A stretch of 64,000 nucleotides of DNA from Candidatus Nitrosomirales archaeon (GTDB lineage Archaea > Thermoproteota > Nitrososphaeria > Nitrososphaerales > UBA213): assembly GCA_049199595.1 (NCBI GenBank), contig JBMCYV010000005.1, positions 995 through 64,994 of the forward strand, written 5' to 3'. The translations under genes were made by a program, and so were the position numbers. Below the pieces are notes generated by a model. That model made no database searches. It had not been told where the DNA came from and saw only the letters and a program-made list of their open reading frames with translations. Positions 9,400-19,397 of this stretch are shown piece after piece. The stretch's first letter is position 1; each line of letters starts with the position of its first letter.

Positions 9400-9915
9400 A
9401 TGCTGAAAGATCTGATCAATCCTTCAACATTCAATGTCCTTGTAGGAAAGCTGGGAGATGTTCTCGTCAAGGCCGTTGACAAACCCTTAGGCTACGCAAT
9501 CAACTGGGGAAGACTTTGGTCTTTATGGCCAGTACATCTCGAAACTGCTTGCTGCAGTCTGGAGTTTGGTGCAGCTTCAGGCCCCAGGTATGATGTTGAA
9601 AGATTTGGAATCATCGAAGCATTTGGTTCGTTAAGGCAGTGCGATCTGGTAGTGGTGCAGGGAACTGTAACTCGCAAAATGGCGCCGAGGCTGAGAATGG
9701 TCTATGATCAGATGCCTGAACCAAAGTATGTCATAGCGATGGGCGCATGTGCAATAACTGGAGGATTATACTTTGACTCCTACAATGTGCTGCCTGGAAT
9801 AGATGGAGTAATACCAGTCGATGTATACGTGCCAGGATGTCCACCAAGGCCAGAAACGCTGATACAAGGAACAATGCTGCTGCAGGAAAAGATCAAGAGA
9901 TCAAGGTTTAGATAA
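9400..9915 (+). CDS. nuoB: NADH:quinone oxidoreductase subunit B
   Basis: N2-cluster cysteines in their conserved context: ETACCSLEF, MGACAITGG, YVPGCPPRPE. Confidence 0.95.
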   Translation: MLKDLINPSTFNVLVGKLGDVLVKAVDKPLGYAINWGRLWSLWPVHLETACCSLEFGAASGPRYDVERFGIIEAFGSLRQCDLVVVQGTVTRKMAPRLRMVYDQMPEPKYVIAMGACAITGGLYFDSYNVLPGIDGVIPVDVYVPGCPPRPETLIQGTMLLQEKIKRSRFR

Positions 9916-10526
9916 TGAGTTCTCAAGGCGATCAGCCTGAAGAGGGTACTCAAGCTAAAGCGGAAGCAAAACCAGAAGCTCAAAAACCAGAAGCTCAAAA
10001 ACCAGAAGCTCAAAAACCAGAAGCTCAAAAACCAGAAGCTCAAAAACCAGTTGAAATTCCGGCATTGGAGAAAGGCATTATAGAGAAAATTACAGGAAGG
10101 TTTGGAGATAAGATTAAACTTGTATATGCAAAGCCAAAGAGAATAAGATTTAATGTTAAAACCGAAGATGTCCTTGACTTTGCAAGATTCTTGCGTGACG
10201 AAGTAGGGTTTGACCAGCCAATATCAGTTGCAGGCGTAGATTATCCGAAAGAAAATATCATCGAGGTCGTGTACCACATAGGCTGTTGTACCAAGCCAGA
10301 GTATACATCATCAGTGTTCGCGTTTGCGTTAAAGTTACCCCGAGATGATCCAAAGACACCAACATTGATACCTGTTTATAGAGGGGTTGAATACCACGAG
10401 CGGGAGACGTTTGAGATGCTGGGCGTGATATTCGAGGGGCATCCAAGGCTGGAGAGATTGTTGCTTCCCGAGGACTGGGCTGATATTCCTCCCTTGAGGA
10501 AGGACTTCAGCATAAAAGGTAGATAG
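9915..10526 (+). CDS. nuoC: NADH:quinone oxidoreductase subunit C with an N-terminal (KPEAQ)x5 extension
   Basis: NuoC core motifs YRGVEYHERETFEMLGVIFEGHP and LLLPEDW. The N-terminal 45 aa are a low-complexity repeat. Confidence 0.9.
   Translation: MSSQGDQPEEGTQAKAEAKPEAQKPEAQKPEAQKPEAQKPEAQKPVEIPALEKGIIEKITGRFGDKIKLVYAKPKRIRFNVKTEDVLDFARFLRDEVGFDQPISVAGVDYPKENIIEVVYHIGCCTKPEYTSSVFAFALKLPRDDPKTPTLIPVYRGVEYHERETFEMLGVIFEGHPRLERLLLPEDWADIPPLRKDFSIKGR
9966..10050 (+). repeat. 15-bp tandem repeat (caaaaaccagaagct), one degenerate copy, four perfect copies and a 10-nt partial copy, in frame inside nuoC
   Basis: Read directly. Copies start at 9966 (gcaaaacc variant), 9981, 9996, 10011 and 10026, with a partial copy at 10041. 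They encode KPEAQ repeated five times. Confidence 0.95.
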
Positions 10527-11663
10527 GTGATCGAAATGGGGCTTCCACCAAGCATGCAGGTCGAGGAGTCTGAAGAGGGAAGGATTCTTACAATTAGCGT
10601 TGGTCCGCAGCACCCAGGCTCTGGGCATTTTAGGCTTGTTGTGAAAGTTGACGGGGATATCATAGTTGGTGCAGATCCAGACCCAGGTTATGTGCACAGA
10701 GGAGAAGAAAAGATGTGCGAGTACAGGAACTACATACAAAACATTCCGCATCTGGAAAGGCCCATGATAGCTGATTCCTGCGGGATTCTGTATCCGTTCT
10801 GTCTTGGTGTTGAAGAGATAGCAAACATACCAGTGCCAGAGAGAGCGAAGTACATCAGGGTGATAATGGCCGAACTTAACAGATGCATCTTCGAGTTATA
10901 CTGGTTGGGCATTTACGGAATCTTTCTGGGGCATTCAACCATGTTCATGTGGCCAATGGGCGACAGGGAGCTGCTGATCGACCTTGCGGAAGCGGCAACT
11001 GGAGCAAGGGTAACACATGCATACTTTGTTCCAGGGGGAGTAAGAAACGATCTCCCAGAAAACTTCAAGGAAAGAGCGTTTAGGCAATTAGATTATTTCA
11101 AACACAGGCTCGATCAGTACAAGGACATATTCTACAACAACCCATTGTTCCTTGACAGAACGAAGGGAGTTGGCGTGTTGTCAGCACAGGACGCAATCAA
11201 CTTGGGTGTTACAGGTCCTGTGCTAAGAGCCTCTGGTGTCAAACATGATATTCGCAAGATCGAGCCTTACGACGTTTATGATCAACTAGATTTTGAAGTT
11301 TATTCAATGAATACAGGAGATTCTTACGCACGTGCATACGTCCCACTTCTGGAGATGTATGAAAGTATAAACATAATCAAGCAGTGTTTGGAAAAGCTGC
11401 CCTCAGGTTCGGTTAGAACGAAACTCGGTCCGAACCCGAGGGGACCGGCAGGCGAAGTATTCAAGCGAGTTGAAGCTGGTCGGGGAGAACTTGCATACTA
11501 CTTAGTTAGCGATGGTACGGCCAAGCCCTATAGAGTAAAGATGAGCGTACCCTCGTTCAGGCAGATACCGGCCATGTCATATTTGTTGAAGGGAGCAAGA
11601 CTTGCAGACATGCCAGCAATATACTGGAGTCTCAACTACTGGCCAGTGGAGGCAGATCGCTAA
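10527..11663 (+). CDS. nuoD: NADH:quinone oxidoreductase subunit D
   Basis: NuoD/49-kDa motifs: GPQHPGSGHFRL, HRGEEK, RASGV, and C-terminal WPVEADR. Confidence 0.95.
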   Translation: MIEMGLPPSMQVEESEEGRILTISVGPQHPGSGHFRLVVKVDGDIIVGADPDPGYVHRGEEKMCEYRNYIQNIPHLERPMIADSCGILYPFCLGVEEIANIPVPERAKYIRVIMAELNRCIFELYWLGIYGIFLGHSTMFMWPMGDRELLIDLAEAATGARVTHAYFVPGGVRNDLPENFKERAFRQLDYFKHRLDQYKDIFYNNPLFLDRTKGVGVLSAQDAINLGVTGPVLRASGVKHDIRKIEPYDVYDQLDFEVYSMNTGDSYARAYVPLLEMYESINIIKQCLEKLPSGSVRTKLGPNPRGPAGEVFKRVEAGRGELAYYLVSDGTAKPYRVKMSVPSFRQIPAMSYLLKGARLADMPAIYWSLNYWPVEADR

Positions 11664-12973
11664 TGGCAACAGTCCAAGAGTTCAGCTTTGCAGAATTTGT
11701 AAAGAGTATACTCTGGCTTGCGTTCTGGATCCTTGTAATATTCACGCTGATCTTGCTTCCAATAATATTCATCGTTCTGTTCTTTGTTCCTGCTCCAGAG
11801 ATAGCAGGTATAGAGATGAATCCTTATCTGCTCCTGACGATGATGGTAAACCCTCAGATCGGTGCCCCGCTGATAAAACTCACAATGGAGCAGCCTTTAT
11901 TCAGGGTAGCGGTCTTTCCAGGATTTACTTTCGCAGCGTTGTTCGCAACTGCTATTATCTTTGTAGAGCGCAAGTTCCTTGCAAAGATGCAGATAAGAGT
12001 TGGGCCTTACTATGCTGGCAGGGAAGTATTCTGGTGGGCTCGCTCGCTTGAAGGACTTTTGCAGATGCTCGCAGATTTTTTGAAGTTACTTGGAAAGGAG
12101 GTAATAATACCTGCGGGTGCAGACAAACCAATATTCTGGGCGGCGCCTGTTGTGTTAGTTGTAGCTTCATCAGCATTGATCGCTGTTATACCAGCAGGTC
12201 CCGGATGGGTCATTGCGGATATCGATGTTGGTCTGTTAGTTGTCTTCGCCATTCTTGGTTTCTTCCCGTTGACAGCCTTGCTAGCTTCATGGGCAAGCAA
12301 CAGCAAGTATCCGTTCATTGGCGGTTTGCGCGCTCTGCACCAGATGATAGCGTACGAAATTCCATTGATACTTTCAGTCCTAGGTGTTGTTATCCTCTCT
12401 GGGCAGCTAAACTTGTCAAAGATAGTTGCGGCTCAAGAGCCGTACTGGTACATTCTTCTACTTCCAATAGGGGCATTCGTTTTCTTCATAACCGCACTTG
12501 CTGAACTCGAAAGAGTTCCTTTTGATCTTCCAGAAGCTGAGAGCGAAATCGTAGCTGGATGGTTGACCGAATATTCTGGAATGTCATATGGTTTGATACA
12601 GCTAGCCTCATACATCAAACTTTATGCTCTCGCGGCGTTGTTTGTCACACTTTTCCTTGGTGGATGGATGGGACCTCCACCGCTCGCATTCTTGGGACCC
12701 AATGCACCATCGGGCGTCGATCTGTTCGGAGTCGAGATCCTATCGACACAGGAAGCGGTCGGAATATTATGGTTTGTTGTGAAAACATTTGGAATCTCAG
12801 TGCTGATGCTATTACCTAGGGGGATAAACCCAAGAATTAGGATCGATATACTGCTAAGAACTGGTTGGGCAAAGCTGATTGCCATTTCGTTCATTAACAT
12901 CTTTATAGCGCTTGCACTCCTTTACCTAGGTGTTGCAGGTCCCGCAGGTCCTGTCGGAGTGATTAGTCCATGA
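11663..12973 (+). CDS. nuoH: NADH:quinone oxidoreductase subunit H (with an N-terminal extension of about 70 aa)
   Basis: NuoH motifs: ERKFLAKMQIRVGP, ELERVPFDLPEAESEIVAGW and EYSGM. It overlaps the nuoD stop. Confidence 0.9.
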   Translation: MATVQEFSFAEFVKSILWLAFWILVIFTLILLPIIFIVLFFVPAPEIAGIEMNPYLLLTMMVNPQIGAPLIKLTMEQPLFRVAVFPGFTFAALFATAIIFVERKFLAKMQIRVGPYYAGREVFWWARSLEGLLQMLADFLKLLGKEVIIPAGADKPIFWAAPVVLVVASSALIAVIPAGPGWVIADIDVGLLVVFAILGFFPLTALLASWASNSKYPFIGGLRALHQMIAYEIPLILSVLGVVILSGQLNLSKIVAAQEPYWYILLLPIGAFVFFITALAELERVPFDLPEAESEIVAGWLTEYSGMSYGLIQLASYIKLYALAALFVTLFLGGWMGPPPLAFLGPNAPSGVDLFGVEILSTQEAVGILWFVVKTFGISVLMLLPRGINPRIRIDILLRTGWAKLIAISFINIFIALALLYLGVAGPAGPVGVISP

Positions 12974-13467
12974 GCGGAGCAGGAGGAATGTTCAAGGCAA
13001 TAGAATCTGGAACAAAGCACCTAATTGTGAGAAGATTCACATTAAGATATCCAGAGCAGAAGCTGAAGTTTGTAGGTGATGGTTACCAGTACGATCCAAA
13101 GCAGGGAGTTGGCATAGCTGGTTACAAAGGAAGACACATACTATACCATGACAAATGCACGGGATGCCAGTTGTGTGCAATAGCATGTGAGGGCATTGCT
13201 GAAGCAATAGGCATGGTAAAGATCGACAAAACATGGACCCACAACAAGAAGAGCATCATGCCCCAGATAGATTTTGGCAAATGCGTCTTCTGCGGATTAT
13301 GTGTTGATGCATGTCCGTTCTATGCGCTCTTCATGACTGATGACTATGAACTTTCGGCATACACAAAAGAGCACCTGATATACACACCTGATCAGTTAGC
13401 GGTCAAACCAAAGTACCAAGGAAACGTTGAAATAAAGATCGACGATCAGGGTGCAACACATGGTTGA
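12970..13467 (+). CDS. nuoI: NADH:quinone oxidoreductase subunit I (2x[4Fe-4S])
   Basis: Two ferredoxin motifs: CTGCQLCAIACE and CVFCGLCVDACP. Confidence 0.9.
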   Translation: MSGAGGMFKAIESGTKHLIVRRFTLRYPEQKLKFVGDGYQYDPKQGVGIAGYKGRHILYHDKCTGCQLCAIACEGIAEAIGMVKIDKTWTHNKKSIMPQIDFGKCVFCGLCVDACPFYALFMTDDYELSAYTKEHLIYTPDQLAVKPKYQGNVEIKIDDQGATHG

Positions 13468-13972
13468 TCCAGCATTTATTGCAGTTTCTGTTATAACAAT
13501 TGGTTCCGCTGTAGTTGCTTTAGAATTTAGGGAGATCATTTACGGAGCTATCGCACTTGCAATATCATTGTTGGGCATTGCGATGTACTTTGTTCTTCTT
13601 GAAGCGACCTTCGTTGCAATGTTCCAGATCGCTGTTTACGTTGGTGCAGTCGTCGTTCTTGTAATATTCACGATAATGCTTGTGAGAAGAGAGGCATGGA
13701 TGACCGTTCCAGAGGGCAAGAGAAAGGTCATGGGTCTCATAATCATGTTTGTCACAATGTTTGGGCTGGGGGGTGTATTCATAAGTTCTGGGCTAACTGC
13801 GTGGCATGTGCCAGAAAGCAGCATGACGTTTACACAGATAGGCGATCAAATACTGACCTACTACTCGCCTGCGTTGATCGCCATGGCGCTGACGCTTGCT
13901 GCTGCCGTAATAGGCGCACTCGTACTTGCGAAGGTGGATCTGGGGGCTAAAGTAAATGGCGGAGCTGGTTGA
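13451..13972 (+). CDS. nuoJ: NADH:quinone oxidoreductase subunit J
   Basis: Polytopic 173-aa membrane protein in the J position, with YVGAVVVLVIFTIML (NuoJ-like). Confidence 0.8.
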   Translation: MQHMVDPAFIAVSVITIGSAVVALEFREIIYGAIALAISLLGIAMYFVLLEATFVAMFQIAVYVGAVVVLVIFTIMLVRREAWMTVPEGKRKVMGLIIMFVTMFGLGGVFISSGLTAWHVPESSMTFTQIGDQILTYYSPALIAMALTLAAAVIGALVLAKVDLGAKVNGGAG

Positions 13973-14264
13973 CTATCTTATCGTTTCCGCTATACTGCTG
14001 GCAGTCGGTATCTACGGTCTGACTGTAAAGCGAAATTTCATACGCATGCTCTTTGCCATTGAAATCATAGTTAACGCTGCAAACCTTAACTTGGTTGCAT
14101 TCTCCAGAAACTTGCCAACTCCAAATGTAACGGGGCAGACACTTGCGCTATTTTCCATAGCAATTGCTGCAGCAGAGGTAGCTGTAGGCTTGGCATTGAT
14201 CATTGTGGCCTACAGGCTTCACAAGGAAATTGATGTCAAAGAGTTCAGGAGCATGAGAGGATAA
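13956..14264 (+). CDS. nuoK: NADH:quinone oxidoreductase subunit K
   Basis: 102 aa with three TM segments. It carries the conserved Glu residues (FAIEIIVNAANL, AAAEVAVGLALI). Confidence 0.85.
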   Translation: MAELVDYLIVSAILLAVGIYGLTVKRNFIRMLFAIEIIVNAANLNLVAFSRNLPTPNVTGQTLALFSIAIAAAEVAVGLALIIVAYRLHKEIDVKEFRSMRG

Positions 14265-15799
14265 TGTATTATCTTCTTCAGGCGGTATTCATCCCTTTAC
14301 TGCTCTCCCCGCTTGCCTACTATCTTGGTAGAAGATATGGTGTAGGTCCGTCTACATGGTTCACGTTTGCAGTTATGCTTTACTCAACAGCGATGCTGGT
14401 CATTCCAGCTGCCTCGGGTTACTATGCAGAATTTTATCCTTGGAGCCAGCTGGGACAGTTTGGGCTGGTGCTTGATGCGTTAAGCATGCCGTTTGCGATC
14501 ATAGTCTACGTTCTCTCTACAGTTTTAGTTCTGTATTCAAGACCTTATATGATTCACAAGATAACCGAAGAATACCATCACCAACAGATGGAGACGAGTG
14601 GCATACCACAAAAAATGGAGACGCAAGTTCCCAGTCAGGTGATAAACCATAACGTAGGGATCTACTACGCACTGTTTCTGGTTTTTGCAATGGGTATGCT
14701 CGGCACGGTGCTGGCATCAAACCTTGTCGAGTTTTATGTCTTCTTTGAACTGATGCTTGTTCCGTCTTTCTTCCTCATTGCGTTTTATGGCTATGGCGCG
14801 AGAAGGCGCATAGCTCTCATGTTCTTCTTCTGGACTCATGTTGGCGCCGTCGTTCTTCTGCTGGGACTTATCGCAATGGGACTTTCTGTAGGATCCTTTG
14901 ATATGGCCGATATAATAGAATCAAGCATTCCTGCAGATCTGCTGCCAATAATTGCTGTCGCCATAATCATAGGACTCATTGTTAAGCTTGCAATAGTTCC
15001 AGTTCACATATGGCTGCCTTATGCACATGCTGAAGCGCCTACACCGATAAGCGCTCTCCTGTCGCCAGCAATGATCGGCATCGGTGGTTATGCGTTGATG
15101 CGACTGCTGATGGTGCTGATGCCAAACACGTATCAGGATACTTCGCTATGGTTGAGCATCGGGGCATTCATAACAATGGTTTATGGAGGCGCAATGGCGC
15201 TCATGCAGGACGACGTAAAACGATTGCTTGCGTATTCGAGTATAAGCCAGATGGGTTATCTTCTCTTTGGTTTTGCATCGGTTAACGCTATAGGTCTTAC
15301 AGGTTCTGTGCTGCTTTACGTCAGTCACGGCACAGGAAAGGCACTGCTCTTCATGATGGCTGGGATGCTGATACTGCAGGTTGGTACAAGGAGCTTTGCA
15401 AAGCTCGGTGGGCTTGCTGGCAAGTTACCAATTACTGCTGTAACAGCTGTGATAGGCGCTCTTGCCATAGTGGGCATTCCCCCTACAAACGGATTCATGG
15501 CAGAGTGGATGTTATTCTATGGAGCATTGCAGACAGCGCTTGATCAGGACTCTATGATCAGGCTTGTCGTGTTTGGTCTTGCAATGGCAACTACACTTCT
15601 AACTGCTGGCTACATACTCTGGATGATAAAGCGCATCTTCTTCGGCAAACTTCCAGAAGGTATGGAGAATGTCAGGGAAGGTTCACTTTACATGACAGCT
15701 CCCATGATGGCACTTGCGCTTCTAACAATAATTATTGGCATCTATCCGGATATCCTTACTTCAACGATAGTACCTTTCATGAAGAGCATAGTAGGGTGA
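14264..15799 (+). CDS. nuoM: NADH:quinone oxidoreductase subunit M (antiporter-like)
   Basis: Motif HIWLPYAHAEAPTPISALLS (M-type AH-EAPT). 511-aa polytopic protein. Confidence 0.8.
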   Translation: MYYLLQAVFIPLLLSPLAYYLGRRYGVGPSTWFTFAVMLYSTAMLVIPAASGYYAEFYPWSQLGQFGLVLDALSMPFAIIVYVLSTVLVLYSRPYMIHKITEEYHHQQMETSGIPQKMETQVPSQVINHNVGIYYALFLVFAMGMLGTVLASNLVEFYVFFELMLVPSFFLIAFYGYGARRRIALMFFFWTHVGAVVLLLGLIAMGLSVGSFDMADIIESSIPADLLPIIAVAIIIGLIVKLAIVPVHIWLPYAHAEAPTPISALLSPAMIGIGGYALMRLLMVLMPNTYQDTSLWLSIGAFITMVYGGAMALMQDDVKRLLAYSSISQMGYLLFGFASVNAIGLTGSVLLYVSHGTGKALLFMMAGMLILQVGTRSFAKLGGLAGKLPITAVTAVIGALAIVGIPPTNGFMAEWMLFYGALQTALDQDSMIRLVVFGLAMATTLLTAGYILWMIKRIFFGKLPEGMENVREGSLYMTAPMMALALLTIIIGIYPDILTSTIVPFMKSIVG

Positions 15800-15803
15800 G
15801 AAA

Positions 15804-17903
15804 ATGTGGCTGAATAGTCTGATAAGCTTGCTAGTTGAAGGAGTTGAAAACGGCGCTGAATTATTGACAGCTCACAATTCAGCATTTGACACACTTTCAT
15901 TGAATGTCTGGCTGATCTGGATACTGCCTATGGTAGGAGCGATGCTGGCACCTCTATTTGCAAAAGCTGGAGGCAAGGCACGAGATATAGCACCGGTTGG
16001 CTTCTCATTGGCAAGCGCGATACTTGCAGCTACTCTCATTCCTGTTGCTCTAGCTGGTGATGAAGTGCACAGTCAGTATCCATGGATTCCAGAGATCGGT
16101 ATCAACGCTGGTGTTTTGGCCGATACGTTGAGCATAATCATGACCAACCTAGTAGCTTGGATATCATTTCTGATCATGGTTTACAGCATCGGTTACATGA
16201 AGGGCGATCGCGATCTGATCCGATACTGGTTCTTCATGAACTTTTTCATCGGGAGCATGCAGCTCATAGTTCTGTCGGATAACTTGCTGATGCTCTTCTT
16301 CGGCTGGGAGGGAGTGGGTCTGGCATCTTACGCATTGATTGGATTCTGGCACAAGGATAAGGTAAAGGATTACGTTGGAAGGATTGGACACCACGCTCTA
16401 GGAATTGCACAATTCACTTCGCCTTCACATGCCGGCATGAAGGCTTTCCTGATGACAAAGGCTGGAGACGTTGCTATGTTAGCTGGTATGTTCCTGATAT
16501 TCGCATACGCAGGAACTTTCGAGTATAAGGTATTGTTGCAAGATCATACGTGGGCTCAGGCAATGAGCTCGCAGGGTTTGCTGGTTCCAGCTGCCGTACT
16601 GATATTTGGAGGGGCAATTGGCAAGTCAGCACAATTCCCCTTGCATGAATGGTTACTGGAAGCCATGACCGGTCCTACAGCTGTTTCTGCGCTCATACAT
16701 GCAGCTACAATGGTCAAGGCCGGTGTGTTCCTTGTTGCCAGAGTAGGCCCGCTCTTCTTTGCCGTGGCAGCTTTTGGAGCAAGCCAGTTCTTCGAGATAG
16801 TCGCATGGGTTGGTGTAATCACCGCATTCCTGCTAGCATCACAGGCAATAGTTAACAAGGAGATAAAGAAGGTGCTTGCATATTCCACTGGTTCGCAGAT
16901 CGGTTACATGATGCTTGCTCTGGGTATAGCAGGATTATCTTCTCAATTTGTAGAAGGATATACTGCAGGTCTCTTCCATCTATCAAGCCATGCTATGTTC
17001 AAGGCATCGCTCTTCATGGCAGCTGGCGGATTGTTGCATGTCGCCGAAAGCAGGTTCATGTCGGATATGGGCGGTTTGAAGAAGCATATGCGCAAGACCT
17101 ACATTGCAATGATGGCTGCCGCCTTGTCACTCGCAGGAGCTCCGATAATAACTAGTGGATTCTGGAGCAAGGATGCAATATTCGCATCAATCCTAGAGTC
17201 TAATTACACACTCGGTCCCGTGTTGTACTGGCTTGCTGTCCTGACAGCTGTGATGACAGCATTCTATACAATGAGAATGGTTGGTATGGCATTGTTTGGT
17301 GGGAAGAGCCAGCATCTCAGCGAGCTTGAACATCACGGTCACAAACTTCATGAAGTAAGCGCTGTAATGTGGATACCTTTTGGAATACTAGCAGGTCTAA
17401 CAATAGCCATTGGTGTAGCAGGTCCGTTTTTTGAAGAAAAGCTGCACCATATGTTTTCAGTCTTTCTCTTCAATTCGTACGGCATCGAATCCGTTGCTGA
17501 AGTTAGTTTCAATCCCATTGCTATAGCGTCATCCTTAGGAGCTTTTGGCATAGGCGCGGGTCTGGGTTACATATTCTATATTGGTAGGTATGCAAGCCCT
17601 GCAGCAATAGGTTCGAACATAGTTACATATGCGATCTACAGGTTCTTGGAGAACAGGTGGTATGTTAACAGCATTTACTACTGGGGATTTGTGATTGGCC
17701 CTCTGATTATATTCAGAGGCATATGGCGTTACTTTGAAAGCGTGATCATTGAAGGGATCAACCCTGCCTTGTACTTCAGCATGTCTTGGTGGTCAAAGGC
17801 TGTACGGTTTATGCAAACTGGTGTAACACAGACCTACATTTACGCATTTGCTGTTGGAATAATCTTCTTGTTGCTTTTGTTGCTGGCTATAGGGATGAGA
17901 TAG
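15804..17903 (+). CDS. nuoL: NADH:quinone oxidoreductase subunit L (antiporter-like, long form)
   Basis: Motif FPLHEWLLEAMTGPTAVSALIHAATMVKAG (L-type). 699 aa with an extended C-terminal region. Confidence 0.85.
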   Translation: MWLNSLISLLVEGVENGAELLTAHNSAFDTLSLNVWLIWILPMVGAMLAPLFAKAGGKARDIAPVGFSLASAILAATLIPVALAGDEVHSQYPWIPEIGINAGVLADTLSIIMTNLVAWISFLIMVYSIGYMKGDRDLIRYWFFMNFFIGSMQLIVLSDNLLMLFFGWEGVGLASYALIGFWHKDKVKDYVGRIGHHALGIAQFTSPSHAGMKAFLMTKAGDVAMLAGMFLIFAYAGTFEYKVLLQDHTWAQAMSSQGLLVPAAVLIFGGAIGKSAQFPLHEWLLEAMTGPTAVSALIHAATMVKAGVFLVARVGPLFFAVAAFGASQFFEIVAWVGVITAFLLASQAIVNKEIKKVLAYSTGSQIGYMMLALGIAGLSSQFVEGYTAGLFHLSSHAMFKASLFMAAGGLLHVAESRFMSDMGGLKKHMRKTYIAMMAAALSLAGAPIITSGFWSKDAIFASILESNYTLGPVLYWLAVLTAVMTAFYTMRMVGMALFGGKSQHLSELEHHGHKLHEVSAVMWIPFGILAGLTIAIGVAGPFFEEKLHHMFSVFLFNSYGIESVAEVSFNPIAIASSLGAFGIGAGLGYIFYIGRYASPAAIGSNIVTYAIYRFLENRWYVNSIYYWGFVIGPLIIFRGIWRYFESVIIEGINPALYFSMSWWSKAVRFMQTGVTQTYIYAFAVGIIFLLLLLLAIGMR

Positions 17904-17907
17904 ATAA

Positions 17908-19392
17908 ATGGAAGAAATATTCTCGACTCCAATTCTCATAACGATAATTCTAGGTACCGTAGGTCTAATTATACCTGTAATAGACGCTATGCGCAAGGAA
18001 AAGGGCGCAAGCCACAAAGCCTATGGCAGCATCGCATTTGGAGCACTCATAGTTTCCATTCTCATAATAATCATAAGAATATTTTCTGGAGAAACCTTAC
18101 CTGCAGTTGCTTTTGCCGAAACTGTTCTAACAGACGATCTTTTTGGCGCCTTCTTTGGAATAGCGATGTTAATTGTGGCGATCGTAGTTACAGCATCATC
18201 AATAGATTACATGAAGAAAATTGCAAATCCAGCGCCTTACTACTCCCTCATTCTGCTCTCAACAATAGGGATGGTATTGATAGCATACTCAACCGATCTT
18301 GTAATGCTTATAGTTGCATGGGAACTGATGAGTATCCCGACTTACGTTCTTGCAGGTTTCCACAAGAAGGATCCGGTATCAAATGAGGCAGCGATCAAGT
18401 ACTTTCTGTTCGGAGCATTATCATCCGGCATTTTGATCTATGCAATTTCACTTGCGTACGGTCTGACTGGCTCAACAAACATCGGAGTCGTTATACAGTC
18501 ATTGACACAACTGGAAGGTGATCTATCTCCCATTGCATTGATGTCGCTTGCACTCTTCATTGCTGGTTTTGGTTTCAAGATGGCACTCGTACCATTTCAT
18601 ATGTGGCTCCCAGACGCATATGAGGGTTCACCAACAACAGTAAGCGCTTTCCTTGCTGCAGGGACAAAGAAGGCCGGATTTGCTGCCGCATTAAGGGTCC
18701 TGATTCTGGGTATGGTAGCGCTCAGCGTTGACTGGAGTCTTGCTCTGGGCATTATTGCAGTGATTACGATGACCATAGGCAATCTTGCCGCGTTGACGCA
18801 GAAGAGCATGACAAGAATGCTTGCATACTCCAGCATCGCGCAGGCCGGTTACATTTTGATCGGACTGAGCTTAGCGCCATTCTCTACATACGCAATGCAG
18901 GGTTCGCTCTTTCACATACTGAATCATGCTGTTATGAAATCTGCAGCGTTCATAGCAGCTGCTGGCGTTGTCGTAGCATTGGCAACAGCAAACATAGATA
19001 GCTACAAAGGATTGGGAAGAAGGATGCCCATAACAGCAATGGTCATGTCTGTCTCGCTACTCGCGCTTGCCGGTGTACCTCCGTTAAACGGTTTCTGGAG
19101 CAAGTTTATACTTTTCACGGCGGCAGTAGATTCAGGAACTGCGGTTAGTTGGGGACCCTATCTTGCAATTGCAGGTGTACTGAACAGTGCGCTGTCATTG
19201 GGTTACTATGCTTGGGTTATACGAAGAATGTACTTCGACGAATCAACAGTTTCAGGAAGGATAAAGGAGCCCAGAATCATAGTCGCCGTTCTAATATTCG
19301 CGTTGGTCTTCATGGTAGGATTTGGAATATACCCTGCACCACTAATAGATTTCTCGTCCAGTTCTGTTCCACCATTAGCTGTGCTACCCTAG
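17908..19392 (+). CDS. nuoN: NADH:quinone oxidoreductase subunit N (antiporter-like)
   Basis: Motif HMWLPDAYEGSPTTVSAFLAAGTKKAG (N-type). Last gene of the operon. Confidence 0.8.
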   Translation: MEEIFSTPILITIILGTVGLIIPVIDAMRKEKGASHKAYGSIAFGALIVSILIIIIRIFSGETLPAVAFAETVLTDDLFGAFFGIAMLIVAIVVTASSIDYMKKIANPAPYYSLILLSTIGMVLIAYSTDLVMLIVAWELMSIPTYVLAGFHKKDPVSNEAAIKYFLFGALSSGILIYAISLAYGLTGSTNIGVVIQSLTQLEGDLSPIALMSLALFIAGFGFKMALVPFHMWLPDAYEGSPTTVSAFLAAGTKKAGFAAALRVLILGMVALSVDWSLALGIIAVITMTIGNLAALTQKSMTRMLAYSSIAQAGYILIGLSLAPFSTYAMQGSLFHILNHAVMKSAAFIAAAGVVVALATANIDSYKGLGRRMPITAMVMSVSLLALAGVPPLNGFWSKFILFTAAVDSGTAVSWGPYLAIAGVLNSALSLGYYAWVIRRMYFDESTVSGRIKEPRIIVAVLIFALVFMVGFGIYPAPLIDFSSSSVPPLAVLP

Positions 19393-19397
19393 CGATG

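Noticed and set aside
10335-10751. 138-aa minus-strand ORF, plus several other 60-110-aa antisense ORFs inside the nuo operon (for example 16556-16888).
   Set aside because: They are antisense to strongly supported nuo genes and have no motifs. Such ORFs are typical shadows in moderately GC-rich coding DNA.
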